The position numbers were made by a program, and so were the translations under genes. This document shows, one piece after another, positions 1 to 10,569 of a stretch of 64,000 nt of DNA (its first letter is position 1; each line of letters opens with the position of its first letter). A model generated the notes under the pieces. It did no database searches. It worked only from the letters and a program-made list of their open reading frames with translations, and was not told the origin of the DNA. The stretch covers positions 64,001-128,000 of the forward strand of contig BTVY01000002.1 in the NCBI GenBank assembly GCA_045863335.1. The letters run 5' to 3'. Source of the DNA: Candidatus Hydrogenedentota bacterium. Lineage in GTDB: Bacteria > Hydrogenedentota > Hydrogenedentia > Hydrogenedentales > SLHB01.

Positions 1-1154
1 ATGTCTCGGTAATCGGAGCCTTGCGTTATAAGTCCGGTGGGAAGTGGGTGAACAATGTGCTTCAGGACACGCGCATCTATTTAACCGCTCCAAATCTTGC
101 GAGCTTCGCGCTGGACTATCTGTCGGAAGACGGGAAGGTGAAAACGACGCTCGAGATATTCGAAGCGCCCCAGAACGATGAAGCGCGGAGTTTTGTGAAA
201 ATGACGATGGACGTGCTCGAACCGGTGGAGATTGACGGTGGCAGCGCGCAGCATCTGCGCTTCCTGAACGCCGGCGCGTATATCGTCAATACGGTCTGGC
301 CGAAGGTGGCCTACACTGCCGCGGACGGTGCGACGCAGATTGTGGATGTGACCGCGGATGACTCGTGGACCTTGGAGGCGGTGCCGATGGGCGACGGCGC
401 CGTGTTCGCCGCGGCGTACCCTCACGAGCATGGCAACATGGCTTTCGTTGTTAACCGCGTCGAAGGTATGCTCGGCGGCAAGCCCATCTCGGCCTTTGGG
501 TTGAGCTGTTTCGGCGGAGAGCATTGGACGGAGCTGTTCCTTACGGCACCGGAGAACCTGGAGCGGTTGGAGGCCGGCGACCACCTCGAATCGCACCTAT
601 TTGTCATGCCCTATGGCAACGAAGACAGCGACTTCCTCGTCGCGGAGCGTCAAACGGAACTCTATGGCGAGGGCTTGGCGAAGGTCGAAGCAATTCATGG
701 CGCGACGTTGCCGGGCTATCCTCCGCGCGTGCAAGCAGACCCGCGCGGCTTCGCGGAGTTTACGCTGTCTGGTGGATCGAACTGGGTACCCATTCTCGTC
801 GAAGGATTCGATAGCCATCGCGGATTCATGTTGTGGGAGCAGACTGGTAACGAGTGGCTTTTCCACGATCAGCAGATCTACGGCAATGATTGGTATCAGA
901 CCTACGCCGCTGAGGATGGTTCTGTCGGGGTCGTGATAGTCCTTAATGTGCGCCCCGGCCAATCGCATCACTACGTGATAACCCAGTGTGCGGAAGCAAA
1001 AAGCATCACGCAACGTAACGGATTTGTTACAATAGAGGGTGGACCCATGGATTTCATCAGTCCCGTCGCATTCACGGGATTGATCGGCGCTCCGTTGGAG
1101 GGCACTTCCTTGATTCGGTGCAGCGGTCTGGTATCGCAAGCGACACAGGAATAG
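1..1154 (+). CDS. hypothetical protein, 5'-partial
   Basis: Frame is open from the window edge to TAG at 1152-1154. Protein-like composition but no family motif recognised. Confidence 0.7.
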   Translation, partial: VSVIGALRYKSGGKWVNNVLQDTRIYLTAPNLASFALDYLSEDGKVKTTLEIFEAPQNDEARSFVKMTMDVLEPVEIDGGSAQHLRFLNAGAYIVNTVWPKVAYTAADGATQIVDVTADDSWTLEAVPMGDGAVFAAAYPHEHGNMAFVVNRVEGMLGGKPISAFGLSCFGGEHWTELFLTAPENLERLEAGDHLESHLFVMPYGNEDSDFLVAERQTELYGEGLAKVEAIHGATLPGYPPRVQADPRGFAEFTLSGGSNWVPILVEGFDSHRGFMLWEQTGNEWLFHDQQIYGNDWYQTYAAEDGSVGVVIVLNVRPGQSHHYVITQCAEAKSITQRNGFVTIEGGPMDFISPVAFTGLIGAPLEGTSLIRCSGLVSQATQE

Positions 1155-1164
1155 TCGATTCCCG

Positions 1165-3357
1165 ATGAGTTCACGGCAGCGACGAGAATCCGAACAACGT
1201 ATCCACGAGCTTGAAGCTCGCGTTGCCGAGCTGTCACGAGAAGTCGAGACGTTGCGCGCCGAGCGCCAACGGCTATCGAGAGGCGGCCGCCGGGCCAGCG
1301 ATCCTGCACCCCAAGAACCACCGATCCGCAGACGCCTCTGGTTGGGTCGCACGCTACTGCTTCTGACGGCAGCGATAGTCGGCCTCGCGGTTCGCGGCAC
1401 GATTGGCCGAGGACTGGCGGGCATCGGCCCATCGGAGGAGATCTGGCGGCGGTTAGCTTCGTTAGAAATAAATTACATCTTACTTGGGTACGCCTTCCTA
1501 TTTGTACTGGCGTTTTTTTCGCATCTTTCGAGACGATTTCTTACGTCCATATTCTTCTGCAGTACGTGTATTTACGCCACATATTGGACTTTCAATTCTA
1601 CCGTGCTGGACACACTGGGCCTGGGACCGCGTGGCGCGCTTATCGCCAGTACTTTATATTTTACTTTGTGCTATGGCGCAACGTCCTGGCTGGCAATTTA
1701 CGAGTCATTGGGCGCAGGCCGTGCGCGCACCCGGGCGATGTGGCTTTCCTTCTTCGCTACGGTCGCATACCTGACGACGCTGGTACTCATTATCAGAACG
1801 TACGCGGCGGATTCGGGATGGTATATCTACGTTGGCACGGCCATTTTGGCAGGATTCTTCGCGGTTCTCGCGGAATCGGTGGGCTCCCATCGGAATTACC
1901 TCTTTCAACTGTTTACGGCGACAGCGATTCTGCTCTGCAATGCCGCGCTCTACAGCTTGCTGAGTGAAGAGCGGCTACTCCTCGCGCTGGCGATAGAGTG
2001 TCTGGTTCTGGCGGCGGCGTACCACACGAGCGGCATCGTGGTCTTGAAAGTGCTCAACCTGGCTGCGTTAGCGGTGACCGTGGTCCTGGGGTTGCGCGTT
2101 ACCAAGCTGGGATCGCCGGTGCCGCTGGCGGGGGTGACGCTGCGGGAGAACTGGTTGTACGGGTTGTTTACCTGCGCCCTTCTCGTGTTTGCCGCCTACT
2201 ACTACCAGCGGCACATTCGGAGCCTGGACCGCCACGAACGGCGCTTGAGCGGGCACTGGTTTCTCGCGGATTCGTTCTGGGACGTGCCCTCGTCGACGGC
2301 GGGGCTGCTGCACAGCGCGGGCGCCGCGTTGATTGTGATGGTATTGACGATATCAGATTTCGGAGACCGGCCTTCTCTTCCCTATATCCTTGCGGCGGGC
2401 AGTGTGGTGTTCGCAGTGCTGGGCTTCGTTGCCCGTCTGCCCCAACTCGAGGTCGGGGCCGTGATGTTGGTCGTGGCCACGCATGTGAGCTATTACTTCT
2501 TCTGGGCCATTGGTAAGGAAGCTTTTTCCGATCAGCCCCACTTTCTGCTGTATACGCTTCTCGTACTTGGATTCACGTATTTCCTCGCGCACCGATGGGA
2601 GAAGTACCTCGAGGGATTGCGCAAGGGCCACCCATGGGAGCATTACTTCAGCGCGGCCATACCCTATCTCGTGGCAACCGCGATGCTGCTGACCGTGCTT
2701 TCACGACAAATCCTTCCGGCCTATGTACCCGTGGTGTACGGCGCCGCAGGCACGGCATTCGTACTCATCGGCGCGTTGACGTCCAGCGCGCCGGTGAAGA
2801 CCAGTGGTGTCTTTGCGCTCCTTGCAGGGGTCGGAATCTTCCTGGACCCGTATCTGACACGATTCGCGCTGCGGATGGCGCCGGAAGCCCAGTGGGGGAT
2901 CCCGATGGCGTTACTCGGGATGCTTGCCCTAGCCGAACGCGCCATGTTTTGGGGGCGTAAGACTGAGCGGAGCTTGGCCGTAACCGAGCGGTTCACGAGA
3001 ACGGTGCTGGTGCTTGTCTTTGCGTTCACTGGGTTTACCAGCGCCCGTGAATTCGGAACGCAGGACGGCCGGTATCTGCTATGGTTGGGGCTCGCACTGG
3101 TGTGTACGATTTTGGGGACACTATTCCGTGAGAACCGCTATCGTTGGAGCGCCTTAATCGTCATCGTCGGCGCGATGATCTGGACTTTTGGGTACGAACG
3201 GGTCATCTGGACCGAACGGCCCTCCGTCGTGTTTCTCGCCGGCGCGGTGGGGATACTCTTGTTGCTCGGCGGTACTTGGGGGTACTTCTTGCGCCACCCA
3301 GTGGCTCCGGCGCCGCCACCCGACCTGCCAGCCAAAGGCGTATCGACCGATGGATGA
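1165..3357 (+). CDS. polytopic membrane protein, DUF2339-like
   Basis: N-terminal coiled coil (RIHELEARVAELSREVETLR) followed by many hydrophobic segments; 730 aa. Confidence 0.65.
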   Translation: MSSRQRRESEQRIHELEARVAELSREVETLRAERQRLSRGGRRASDPAPQEPPIRRRLWLGRTLLLLTAAIVGLAVRGTIGRGLAGIGPSEEIWRRLASLEINYILLGYAFLFVLAFFSHLSRRFLTSIFFCSTCIYATYWTFNSTVLDTLGLGPRGALIASTLYFTLCYGATSWLAIYESLGAGRARTRAMWLSFFATVAYLTTLVLIIRTYAADSGWYIYVGTAILAGFFAVLAESVGSHRNYLFQLFTATAILLCNAALYSLLSEERLLLALAIECLVLAAAYHTSGIVVLKVLNLAALAVTVVLGLRVTKLGSPVPLAGVTLRENWLYGLFTCALLVFAAYYYQRHIRSLDRHERRLSGHWFLADSFWDVPSSTAGLLHSAGAALIVMVLTISDFGDRPSLPYILAAGSVVFAVLGFVARLPQLEVGAVMLVVATHVSYYFFWAIGKEAFSDQPHFLLYTLLVLGFTYFLAHRWEKYLEGLRKGHPWEHYFSAAIPYLVATAMLLTVLSRQILPAYVPVVYGAAGTAFVLIGALTSSAPVKTSGVFALLAGVGIFLDPYLTRFALRMAPEAQWGIPMALLGMLALAERAMFWGRKTERSLAVTERFTRTVLVLVFAFTGFTSAREFGTQDGRYLLWLGLALVCTILGTLFRENRYRWSALIVIVGAMIWTFGYERVIWTERPSVVFLAGAVGILLLLGGTWGYFLRHPVAPAPPPDLPAKGVSTDG

Positions 3358-4669
3358 GCGACGGGCGGCCGCGGAACGCATCTGCGGCGTGCTTCGCGAG
3401 CGGGGATTCCGAGCACTGTTTGCGGGCGGCTGCGTTCGCGACATGGCATTGGGAATCCCGCCGAAAGACTTCGATATTGCGACCGATGCCAAACCAGACG
3501 ACGTGGCGTCCCTCTTTTCACGAACTGTGGGGGTGGGTGCGGCTTTCGGTGTTGTTCTAGTGCTCATGCCTGAAGGACCTGTCGAGGTTGCCACGTTTCG
3601 GGGTGATGGCCCGTATCTGGACGGACGGCACCCCAGTTCGGTCGAGTTCCTGAGTGAACGGGATGACGCCTTGCGGCGTGACTTCACCGTAAACGCCATG
3701 TTCTACGACCCAGTGGCCGAGATGGTGGTCGACTACGTAGGGGGACAGGCTGATCTGAAGGCCGGCATCATTCGCGCGGTGGGAGATCCGGCAACCCGGT
3801 TCGCGGAAGATCACCTGCGCCTGTTGCGGGCAGTGCGCTTCACGGCGCGACTCGGCTTTGAAATGGACCCGCCCACGCTTGCCGCGGTGCGCGAGTTGGC
3901 ACCGTCGATACGGACGGTCAGCGCGGAACGCGTTCGGGACGAGCTAACGAAGATGCTCACCGAAGGCGGAGCGCGACGGGCGTTTGAGTTGCTCGATGCG
4001 GCGGGCCTGCTTGAACAGGTGTTGCCCGAGGTCAGCCGCATGAAGGGCGTCCCGCAGCCGCCGGAGTTTCACCCGGAAGGCGACGTGTTCGTGCACACGC
4101 TGCTGCTGCTTGATCATTTGAAGGGAGCCTCGCCTACGTTGGCGTACGGCGCGCTCCTGCACGATATCGGCAAGCCGGAGACAATCACCTTTGCGGACCG
4201 AATCCGGTTCAACAACCATGACAGAATCGGCGCCGAGTTGGCACGGAAGATCTGCCGCCGGCTGCACATGCCCAATGAAGATACGAATCGCATCGAGTGG
4301 CTGGTAGACCAACACATGCGGCTGGCACACGCACCGAACATGCGGCCCAGCAAACTCAAGCGTTTTGTCCGCGAAGAGGGGTTCCGGGAGTTACTGGAGC
4401 TGGGGCGCATCGACTGTCTGGCGAGCCATGGTGACCTGGACACCATTGACTGGATCGAAGACTATCTCGCTCATCACACGGAGGAGGAGTATCGTCCCGA
4501 TCCGCTGGTGACGGGCAAGGATCTTATCGCGATGGGATACAAGCCTGGTCCGCTATTCAAAACCATCCTGGCCGCCGTGGAAGACGCGCAATTGGAGGGA
4601 CAGGTGACCACACCCGAGGAAGCGCGCGGGTTGGTCTCCGGACGATGGCCGCTGGAATTGGACTTATGA
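3350..4669 (+). CDS. cca: CCA tRNA nucleotidyltransferase / poly(A) polymerase family, HD domain
   Basis: GGCVRD..LG..PKDFDIAT, EVATFR, DALRRDFTVNAM, EDHLRLLRAVRF, HPEGDVFVH and LLHDIGKP. ATG at 3350 overlaps the upstream gene end. Confidence 0.93.
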   Translation: MDERRAAAERICGVLRERGFRALFAGGCVRDMALGIPPKDFDIATDAKPDDVASLFSRTVGVGAAFGVVLVLMPEGPVEVATFRGDGPYLDGRHPSSVEFLSERDDALRRDFTVNAMFYDPVAEMVVDYVGGQADLKAGIIRAVGDPATRFAEDHLRLLRAVRFTARLGFEMDPPTLAAVRELAPSIRTVSAERVRDELTKMLTEGGARRAFELLDAAGLLEQVLPEVSRMKGVPQPPEFHPEGDVFVHTLLLLDHLKGASPTLAYGALLHDIGKPETITFADRIRFNNHDRIGAELARKICRRLHMPNEDTNRIEWLVDQHMRLAHAPNMRPSKLKRFVREEGFRELLELGRIDCLASHGDLDTIDWIEDYLAHHTEEEYRPDPLVTGKDLIAMGYKPGPLFKTILAAVEDAQLEGQVTTPEEARGLVSGRWPLELDL

Positions 4670-6217
4670 GGCGACCAGGGTCTGCGTCGGAATCGCGATA
4701 GTGAAGGTGGAGCCTTTGCCGCGTTTACTTGCGAACGTAATGGTGCCGCCATGTTCGCGAATGATTTTCTGCGAACAGGCCAGGCCCAGGCCGGTACCTC
4801 GGGAGCCTTTCGTGGTGGCGAAGGCGGTGAACAAACGATCATACATTTCATCTGGTATGCCGCACCCGTTGTCCTGGACGTCGACACAGTAGTGGGTGTC
4901 GTCGCTGCGGGTTCGAATGGTTACTTCCCCCCCGTTTTCTTCACAGGCGTCGATGGCATTGCTTACGAGATTGAGAATGGCGCGATACACGCCCAGGCTA
5001 TCCAGGGGCAGGGGCCGTAGTTCGCTTTTTTCAACCTTCACCGTGACTTTTGCGAGCGCGGCTTGGGCCGCAACGGTATCCTTGATTTCGTCGATCAGGA
5101 GATTCAGGTCCGTGTTGGTCCGCTCCCCGCGCTGGTGGCGTGAATAGGTGAGCAAATTGAGCACGAGATCTTCAATGCGATCCACCGAGCGGCGAATCAG
5201 AGGCCATCCCTTTTGGATGTACTTCATTTCGTTGGTTTCGAGCGCCAGGTCGACGAACTCGGCGCCGCCCTTGATTCCGACGAGCATATTCTTTACGCAA
5301 TGGCCTAGTCCCGCAGTGGCTTGACCAATCGCAGAGAGCCGTTCCGTTTCGACCAGTTCCTGGTGGAGCTGGGCATTTTCAACGGCCACCCCGGCGACGC
5401 GGCCGATGGCCGTGAGAAGTTTCAAGTGGTCATTTTTGAAGACGACGTCGCTCGCGCCGGAGTCGACGTAAATGGCGCCGACAATTTCTTCGCGTCCGCA
5501 CAAGGGCACGCACATCGCGGCATGAATGCCGTGGACGACGACGCTTTCCGAACTGGAGAAATCTTCATGGGCATCCAGGGTCAACACTGAGTTGCGGTGC
5601 TCGAAAACGTGGTCGATCAAGGTACGGCTGAGGGGCAGGCTTCCGTTACGATCGTCGCGCGGGAGGCTGGCTCTCACGTCGGGGGACTTGTCGTGGGAGT
5701 CGAGCGTAAGAATGAACCCCCGCTTCACCGGCAAGGCCTCGAAGATGAGTTCGAGCAAGCGGTTCAGGAGATCGTCGAGGTCAAATATGGTACCGAGCAA
5801 CTGGGAAGCTTTGTAGAGAATAATCAAGCGATTGAAGTCCGGCTCTTTCAGCATGCGCGCGTACATGTCGCCGGCCTTCTCAAAGCTGATCGTCGCGCCC
5901 GTATCGGGTTTATCCTTATGCCGCGTTACCTTTGCGATACGGAAGGTGTGAGTGCCAACGGTGAACTCATCTCCCTCGTCAACCCGGAGACGAGAGACCT
6001 TCTGGCCGTTGACCAGGATGCCGTTGCGGGCGCCGAGGTCTTCGACTTTGACACTCTTGCCGTCGTTCCAGACGCGCGCGTGGCGCCGGGAGACCATGGA
6101 ATCTACCAGTACTACGTCGCATTCGGAAGCGCGGCCGATGACTAGACCTTCAGTGTTGATATCGTAAGTGCTGAGGTGTTTGTCACCTTGGTGGAGAATC
6201 AATTCGTACTGCGGCAT
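4664..6217 (-). CDS. FHA-GAF sensor histidine kinase
   Basis: FHA motifs (IGRASECD, VSRRHA, DLGARNG), a GAF domain, H-box GLGHCVKN, and NAIDA / DNGCG / GTGLGL boxes. GGGAGG RBS precedes ATG 6217. Confidence 0.9.
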   Translation of the reverse strand: MPQYELILHQGDKHLSTYDINTEGLVIGRASECDVVLVDSMVSRRHARVWNDGKSVKVEDLGARNGILVNGQKVSRLRVDEGDEFTVGTHTFRIAKVTRHKDKPDTGATISFEKAGDMYARMLKEPDFNRLIILYKASQLLGTIFDLDDLLNRLLELIFEALPVKRGFILTLDSHDKSPDVRASLPRDDRNGSLPLSRTLIDHVFEHRNSVLTLDAHEDFSSSESVVVHGIHAAMCVPLCGREEIVGAIYVDSGASDVVFKNDHLKLLTAIGRVAGVAVENAQLHQELVETERLSAIGQATAGLGHCVKNMLVGIKGGAEFVDLALETNEMKYIQKGWPLIRRSVDRIEDLVLNLLTYSRHQRGERTNTDLNLLIDEIKDTVAAQAALAKVTVKVEKSELRPLPLDSLGVYRAILNLVSNAIDACEENGGEVTIRTRSDDTHYCVDVQDNGCGIPDEMYDRLFTAFATTKGSRGTGLGLACSQKIIREHGGTITFASKRGKGSTFTIAIPTQTLVAS

Positions 6218-6460
6218 AGGCCTCCCTTGCGGCACAAGATGTTACTGCTAAAAACCTTATGGAATCCACCCAGAACTCTTGCAGTCTTAAGCGAATCCCG
6301 ATGCGTTGGCATGGCCAGACTTCAATTCGTCGCTGCGACGCTATTCCCCCGTATTTTATCACGTTTGAAACAGGCCTGTGGAATACCACGCCTCGAGATA
6401 GCGCTTGCAGCGGAGAAATACTGATGTTATATTCAGATGGTCAATCACTGGAATCAGCTC

Positions 6461-8728
6461 ATGAACGTAGCACAAATCGTCGACCGATTGCAGAAGGACC
6501 CGGAAATCCGCAGGAATCAGACTGCCTGGCGGGTGATGCCGGCCAAGCCGGCCCGGTACGCGGATTTCCCCACAAACCTGAATCCGAAACTGGTTGCGGC
6601 CATGGGCAAGCGGGGCATCCATCACCTTTACACGCATCAGCGCGATGCCGTGGACGCGGTATTGGCTGGGTCGCACGTGTGTATCGTCACGCCGACGGCT
6701 TCGGGCAAGACCCTGTGTTACAACGTGCCAGTCTTGAACCGACTCATGGCGAACTCGGATGCGAGGGCGCTGTATCTGTTTCCGACCAAGGCCTTGTCCC
6801 AGGATCAGGTCAATGAGCTGAAGACGACCATCGACGACCTTGAGGTCAAGATCGGGACGTACACGTTCGATGGGGATACACCCGCCTCCGCGCGCAAGGC
6901 GATCCGAAACGCGGGGCATATAGTCGTAACGAATCCGGACATGCTTCATACGGGGATCCTCCCCCATCATACGATTTGGATGAAGCTGTTCGAGAACCTG
7001 GAGTTTGTTGTAATTGACGAGCTTCACCATTACCGGGGCGTATTCGGGAGTCATCTGTCCAACGTGCTGCGGCGGCTCAAACGCATTTGTGCGTTTTATG
7101 GGTCGAAACCGACGTTCATCTGTTGCAGCGCGACCATTAACAATCCGCAGGAAATGGCCGAGCGGATCGTAGAGGAGCCGGTCACGCTTATTGACAACAA
7201 CGGCGCGCCAACCGGGGAGCGGCATTTTCTGTTCTACAATCCGCCGGTGGTAAATGCGGAACTGGGGATTCGGCTGTCGTCCGTGAAGGAAGCCAACCGG
7301 CTCGCCAAAGAGATGTTGTCGCGAGATATTCAATCCATCGTGTTCGCGCGGAGCCGGTTGCGGGTCGAGATCCTGACGACCTATCTCAAAGAAGCGGTCC
7401 GCAAGATGGGTAAGGACCACAACCTTGTGCGCGGATACCGCGGCGGGTATCTGCCGACCGAGCGGCGGGCGATTGAGAAGGGGTTGCGCGACGGCGAGAT
7501 CATGGCGGTAGTAAGCACGAATGCGCTGGAACTGGGGATCGACATCGGGTCGCTGGACGTATGCATCATGACCGGGTACTCCGGCAGCGTTGCGAGCACG
7601 TGGCAACAGGCCGGGCGCGCGGGACGGCGGTCGGGGGTATCGCTGGTGATCCTCGTGGCGTCGAGCGCGCCGTTGGACCAGTACATCATCAACCACCCGG
7701 AGTACTTCTTCGAGCAGACGCCGGAAAGCGCGACGGTCGACCCGAATAATCTGATCATCATGACGAGCCATTTGAAATGCGCGGCCTTTGAGATCCCGTT
7801 CAAGGAAGGGGAGGCCTTCGGAATGGACGCGGCCTCGACGCGCGAGATTCTGGAATTCCTATCCGAGCAGCGCGTGTTGCGGCACGTGCGCGACAAGTGG
7901 CACTGGAGCGCGGATACCTATCCCGCGGAAGACATCAGCCTGCGCACCGCCGCGCCGGGGAACGTGGTGATCCTCGACACGTCGCAGAACGGCAGGGTCA
8001 TCGTGGAGATCGATCTGTTCGCGGCGCCGACAGAGGTCTATCAAAACGCGATCTACTTGCACCAGAGCGCGCAGTATACGATCGATCATTTGGACCTGGA
8101 GGATCGGAAAGCCTACGCGCGGCCTGTGGACGTTGATTACTACACGGACGCGCAGATCAAGGTCGATGTGAAAGTGCTGGACACCTTCCGGGAAGAGTCC
8201 GTGGGCGACGCGACGAAGCGGACCGGCGAAGTGAGCGTGACGTGGTTGCCGAGCATTTATAAGAAGATCAAGTTCGGTACCCACGAAAACGTGGGCTGGG
8301 GCGAGATCGATTTGCCGGAATCGACGATGCACACGACGGGGTACTGGATCGAGTTTCCCGAAGACGTCGCGGCGCGGTTGGATATCAAGCAGCAGGAGCT
8401 TGGCGAGGCCTTGCACGGTCTGGCCAATACCTTGCGGCAGGTTGCGCCGGTGCAGGTCTTGTGCGATCCGACCGATATCCGCGCGCTAGGGATGCTACGG
8501 GCGCCGTTTTCGGAATTGCCCACAGTATACTTGTATGAGACCTATCCCGGCGGCGTTGGGTTCAGCGAGAAGTTGTTTACCCACCACCGGCAATTGGTGG
8601 AAGCCGCCATCTCGCTCATCAGCCGATGCAGTTGCAAGGAAGGCTGTCCCAGTTGCGTTGGGCCGGGGCTGGAAGTCGGGGCCAAAGGTAAGCACGGCGC
8701 GCTCATACTGGCGCGGTTGGCGTTGTGA
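6461..8728 (+). CDS. mrfA: MrfA/YprA-family DEXH helicase with C-terminal DUF1998 Zn domain
   Basis: TPTASGKT, PTKALSQDQ, DELH, TNALELGIDIG, QQAGRAGR, and C-terminal CSCKEGCPSC. Confidence 0.92.
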   Translation: MNVAQIVDRLQKDPEIRRNQTAWRVMPAKPARYADFPTNLNPKLVAAMGKRGIHHLYTHQRDAVDAVLAGSHVCIVTPTASGKTLCYNVPVLNRLMANSDARALYLFPTKALSQDQVNELKTTIDDLEVKIGTYTFDGDTPASARKAIRNAGHIVVTNPDMLHTGILPHHTIWMKLFENLEFVVIDELHHYRGVFGSHLSNVLRRLKRICAFYGSKPTFICCSATINNPQEMAERIVEEPVTLIDNNGAPTGERHFLFYNPPVVNAELGIRLSSVKEANRLAKEMLSRDIQSIVFARSRLRVEILTTYLKEAVRKMGKDHNLVRGYRGGYLPTERRAIEKGLRDGEIMAVVSTNALELGIDIGSLDVCIMTGYSGSVASTWQQAGRAGRRSGVSLVILVASSAPLDQYIINHPEYFFEQTPESATVDPNNLIIMTSHLKCAAFEIPFKEGEAFGMDAASTREILEFLSEQRVLRHVRDKWHWSADTYPAEDISLRTAAPGNVVILDTSQNGRVIVEIDLFAAPTEVYQNAIYLHQSAQYTIDHLDLEDRKAYARPVDVDYYTDAQIKVDVKVLDTFREESVGDATKRTGEVSVTWLPSIYKKIKFGTHENVGWGEIDLPESTMHTTGYWIEFPEDVAARLDIKQQELGEALHGLANTLRQVAPVQVLCDPTDIRALGMLRAPFSELPTVYLYETYPGGVGFSEKLFTHHRQLVEAAISLISRCSCKEGCPSCVGPGLEVGAKGKHGALILARLAL

Positions 8729-8791
8729 ATACACGACCGGGCGAGAGAAATTCGCGCATGCTATGGAAGTCGAGAATGCTCTGGACAACTC

Positions 8792-8965
8792 AACATCCCC
8801 CTCGGCCCTTCGGACCTGCCCCCTTCAAAGGGGGATTTTTCGCGGCCGCTTTGCGGCGCGGAAGCGGATCGTTCAGGTACTTGACTCGCGCAGATTCAGC
8901 TTTGAACGCTCGAACGACTACGATGGGCACAACTCCCCCTTCGAAGGGGGATCAAGGGGGATGTT
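8792..8965. repeat. MITE/REP-like element with CCCCCTT...AAGGGGG palindromic termini (copy 1)
   Basis: Terminal inverted repeats AACATCCCCC...GGGGGATGTT with internal CCCCCTTCAAAGGGGG palindromes. Homologous to 45877-46035 in inverted orientation. Confidence 0.8.
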
Positions 8966-9002
8966 CTTCCTCGTCGTTCCCAATGCACTTGGACGGCAAA
9001 TC

Positions 9003-10304
9003 ATGTCCGGCATGAAGGACAAACTCGAAGGGCTTCTCACGGGCAAGTCCGGCCTGATGAAAGGGTCAGACTGGATGCAGAAGCTGGACGACCTGCGCAG
9101 GCAACGGGAGTCCGGCGAGTTCGAGATTGACAAGGTCGTGCCGGGACGCGTGGTCGGCGACGATGATCTCGGCTTCTATCTGGTCCAGCAAGATTTCCCG
9201 CTCGACACGTTGCAAGGGGCTATCGCACTCGGAGCCGTGCTCGACGTGTGCGGGGATCACATCGCGTTGTCCGCTTCCGACGACGAACTCTGCGAGTTCG
9301 ATCCGCGCAAGGCTTTGTTCATCGATACCGAGACCAGCGGCCTCTCCGGCGGCACGGGAACAGTCGCATTTCTCATTGGGGTGGGGTACTTCGTCGATGA
9401 CGTGTTCCGGCTCGATCAGTGTTTCATGCGCGACTACGACGACGAAGAGCACATGCTCGAATACCTCGGTGAGGTGTTCAAGGGAAAAGAGGCGGTCGTC
9501 AGCTACAACGGCAAGAGCTTCGATTTGCCGCTGTTGCGCACACGGTTTATTCAGAACCGCATTCCGTTCAGGGGCGATTCGTTCCTGCATTTCGATCTGC
9601 TGCACGCGGCGCGGCGGTTCTGGAAGCGCCGGTTAGGGGCCTGCAACCTGACGAATGTGGAACGGATGGTGCTCGGCATCGAGCGACATGGCGACGTGCC
9701 GGGCTTTGAGATCCCGCAACTCTGGTTTGACTACATCCGCACGCGCGACGCACGGCGGCTGGATGGCGTGTTCTATCACCACAAGATGGATATTCTCTCG
9801 TTAGTGGCGTTGACGGCGTGGCTGTCGCGATGTTTGTCCACCACCGAGGGCGGCGGATTCGAACACGCCGAGGACCATCTGTCCTTGGTGCGGGTCCTGT
9901 TTCTTCAGAAGAAATACACCGAGGTGGTCGTGCGGGGCGAGCGGCTCCTGGAGATCGAGGAACAGGGTGAACTGCGTAAGGAATGCCTGGAATTCATCGC
10001 CCTTGCCGCAAAGCGGCTGAACGACTGGCAGCGCATGGAGGACAGCTACACCCTGTTGCTCCAGGAGAATCCGACGAACCTCATTGCCCGCCTCGAACTG
10101 GCCAAGCATTACGAACACCGCGCGCGCCGTCTCCCGGACGCGGAACGCATGTGCTCAGAAGCGGTTGACTATCTGGAAACCCGCGCCACGCTCGGCCGCG
10201 CGACCGAATTCGAAGCCGCACCGCTCGCCGCGTTTCAGAAGCGCCTCGAACGCATCCGCCGCAAACTCGCCCGCGGCAAAGGGGACTTAGAGCCCGACCT
10301 GTAG
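9003..10304 (+). CDS. mrfB: MrfB/YprB RNase H-like (DEDD) exonuclease with TPR-like C-terminus
   Basis: FIDTETSGLSGGTGTVAFLIG, SYNGKSFD, HFDLLH, HHKMDILSL. Lies downstream of mrfA; start is 9003 or 9012. Confidence 0.88.
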   Translation: MSGMKDKLEGLLTGKSGLMKGSDWMQKLDDLRRQRESGEFEIDKVVPGRVVGDDDLGFYLVQQDFPLDTLQGAIALGAVLDVCGDHIALSASDDELCEFDPRKALFIDTETSGLSGGTGTVAFLIGVGYFVDDVFRLDQCFMRDYDDEEHMLEYLGEVFKGKEAVVSYNGKSFDLPLLRTRFIQNRIPFRGDSFLHFDLLHAARRFWKRRLGACNLTNVERMVLGIERHGDVPGFEIPQLWFDYIRTRDARRLDGVFYHHKMDILSLVALTAWLSRCLSTTEGGGFEHAEDHLSLVRVLFLQKKYTEVVVRGERLLEIEEQGELRKECLEFIALAAKRLNDWQRMEDSYTLLLQENPTNLIARLELAKHYEHRARRLPDAERMCSEAVDYLETRATLGRATEFEAAPLAAFQKRLERIRRKLARGKGDLEPDL

Positions 10305-10444
10305 CGCTCGGATTCCACGCCGGGCGGAACTGAATCCAGGATCTGACCATTTGGGGTCGTTGCCGCGAAAACGATAAGTGAGTCCGCAAAGAGAATGTCT
10401 TACGGTCCTCGCTGAAGACGCCCGGCGTGGAAGCCGGGCGCTAC
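10301..10444. repeat. GTAG-type REP doublet (REPIN)
   Basis: GTAGCGCTCGGATTCCACGCCGGGCG (10301-10326) and an inverted copy at 10419-10444 with 2 mismatches. The first copy contains the mrfB stop codon. Confidence 0.8.
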
Positions 10445-10480
10445 TTCGGGGAGATTTTGAAACCCAACGAAACGTACCTT

Positions 10481-10508
10481 CAGCCTCCGGTCTCCAGCCT
10501 CCCGCCTC
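10481..10508. repeat. 4 x 7-bp tandem repeat (CAGCCTC)
   Basis: cagcctc-cggtctc-cagcctc-ccgcctc. Confidence 0.6.
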
Positions 10509-10528
10509 GTTTCTTACCCGCAATCAAT

Positions 10529-10558
10529 TTGACTTAACCATCGGCCGCGCGATACCAT
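10529..10558 (+). promoter_or_regulatory. sigma70-type promoter of tRNA-Pro
   Basis: TTGACT-18 bp-TACCAT, ending 11 bp upstream of the tRNA. Confidence 0.6.
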
Positions 10559-10569
10559 ACGCATTCTGT

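Noticed and set aside
6359-7771. long antisense ORFs (also 21202-22125, 36707-37810, 48749-49903, 57757-59097)
   Set aside because: These are shadow ORFs opposite well-supported genes, as expected in high-GC DNA, and carry no motifs.
6461-8728. defence-system helicase (DISARM DrmB, Druantia or Dpd type)
   Set aside because: It is paired with a YprB/MrfB exonuclease in a housekeeping context with no methylase or other defence partners.
8535-9002. N-terminal extension of MrfB in the ORF track
   Set aside because: It overlaps mrfA and reads through the palindromic repeat. The real start is likely 9003 or 9012.
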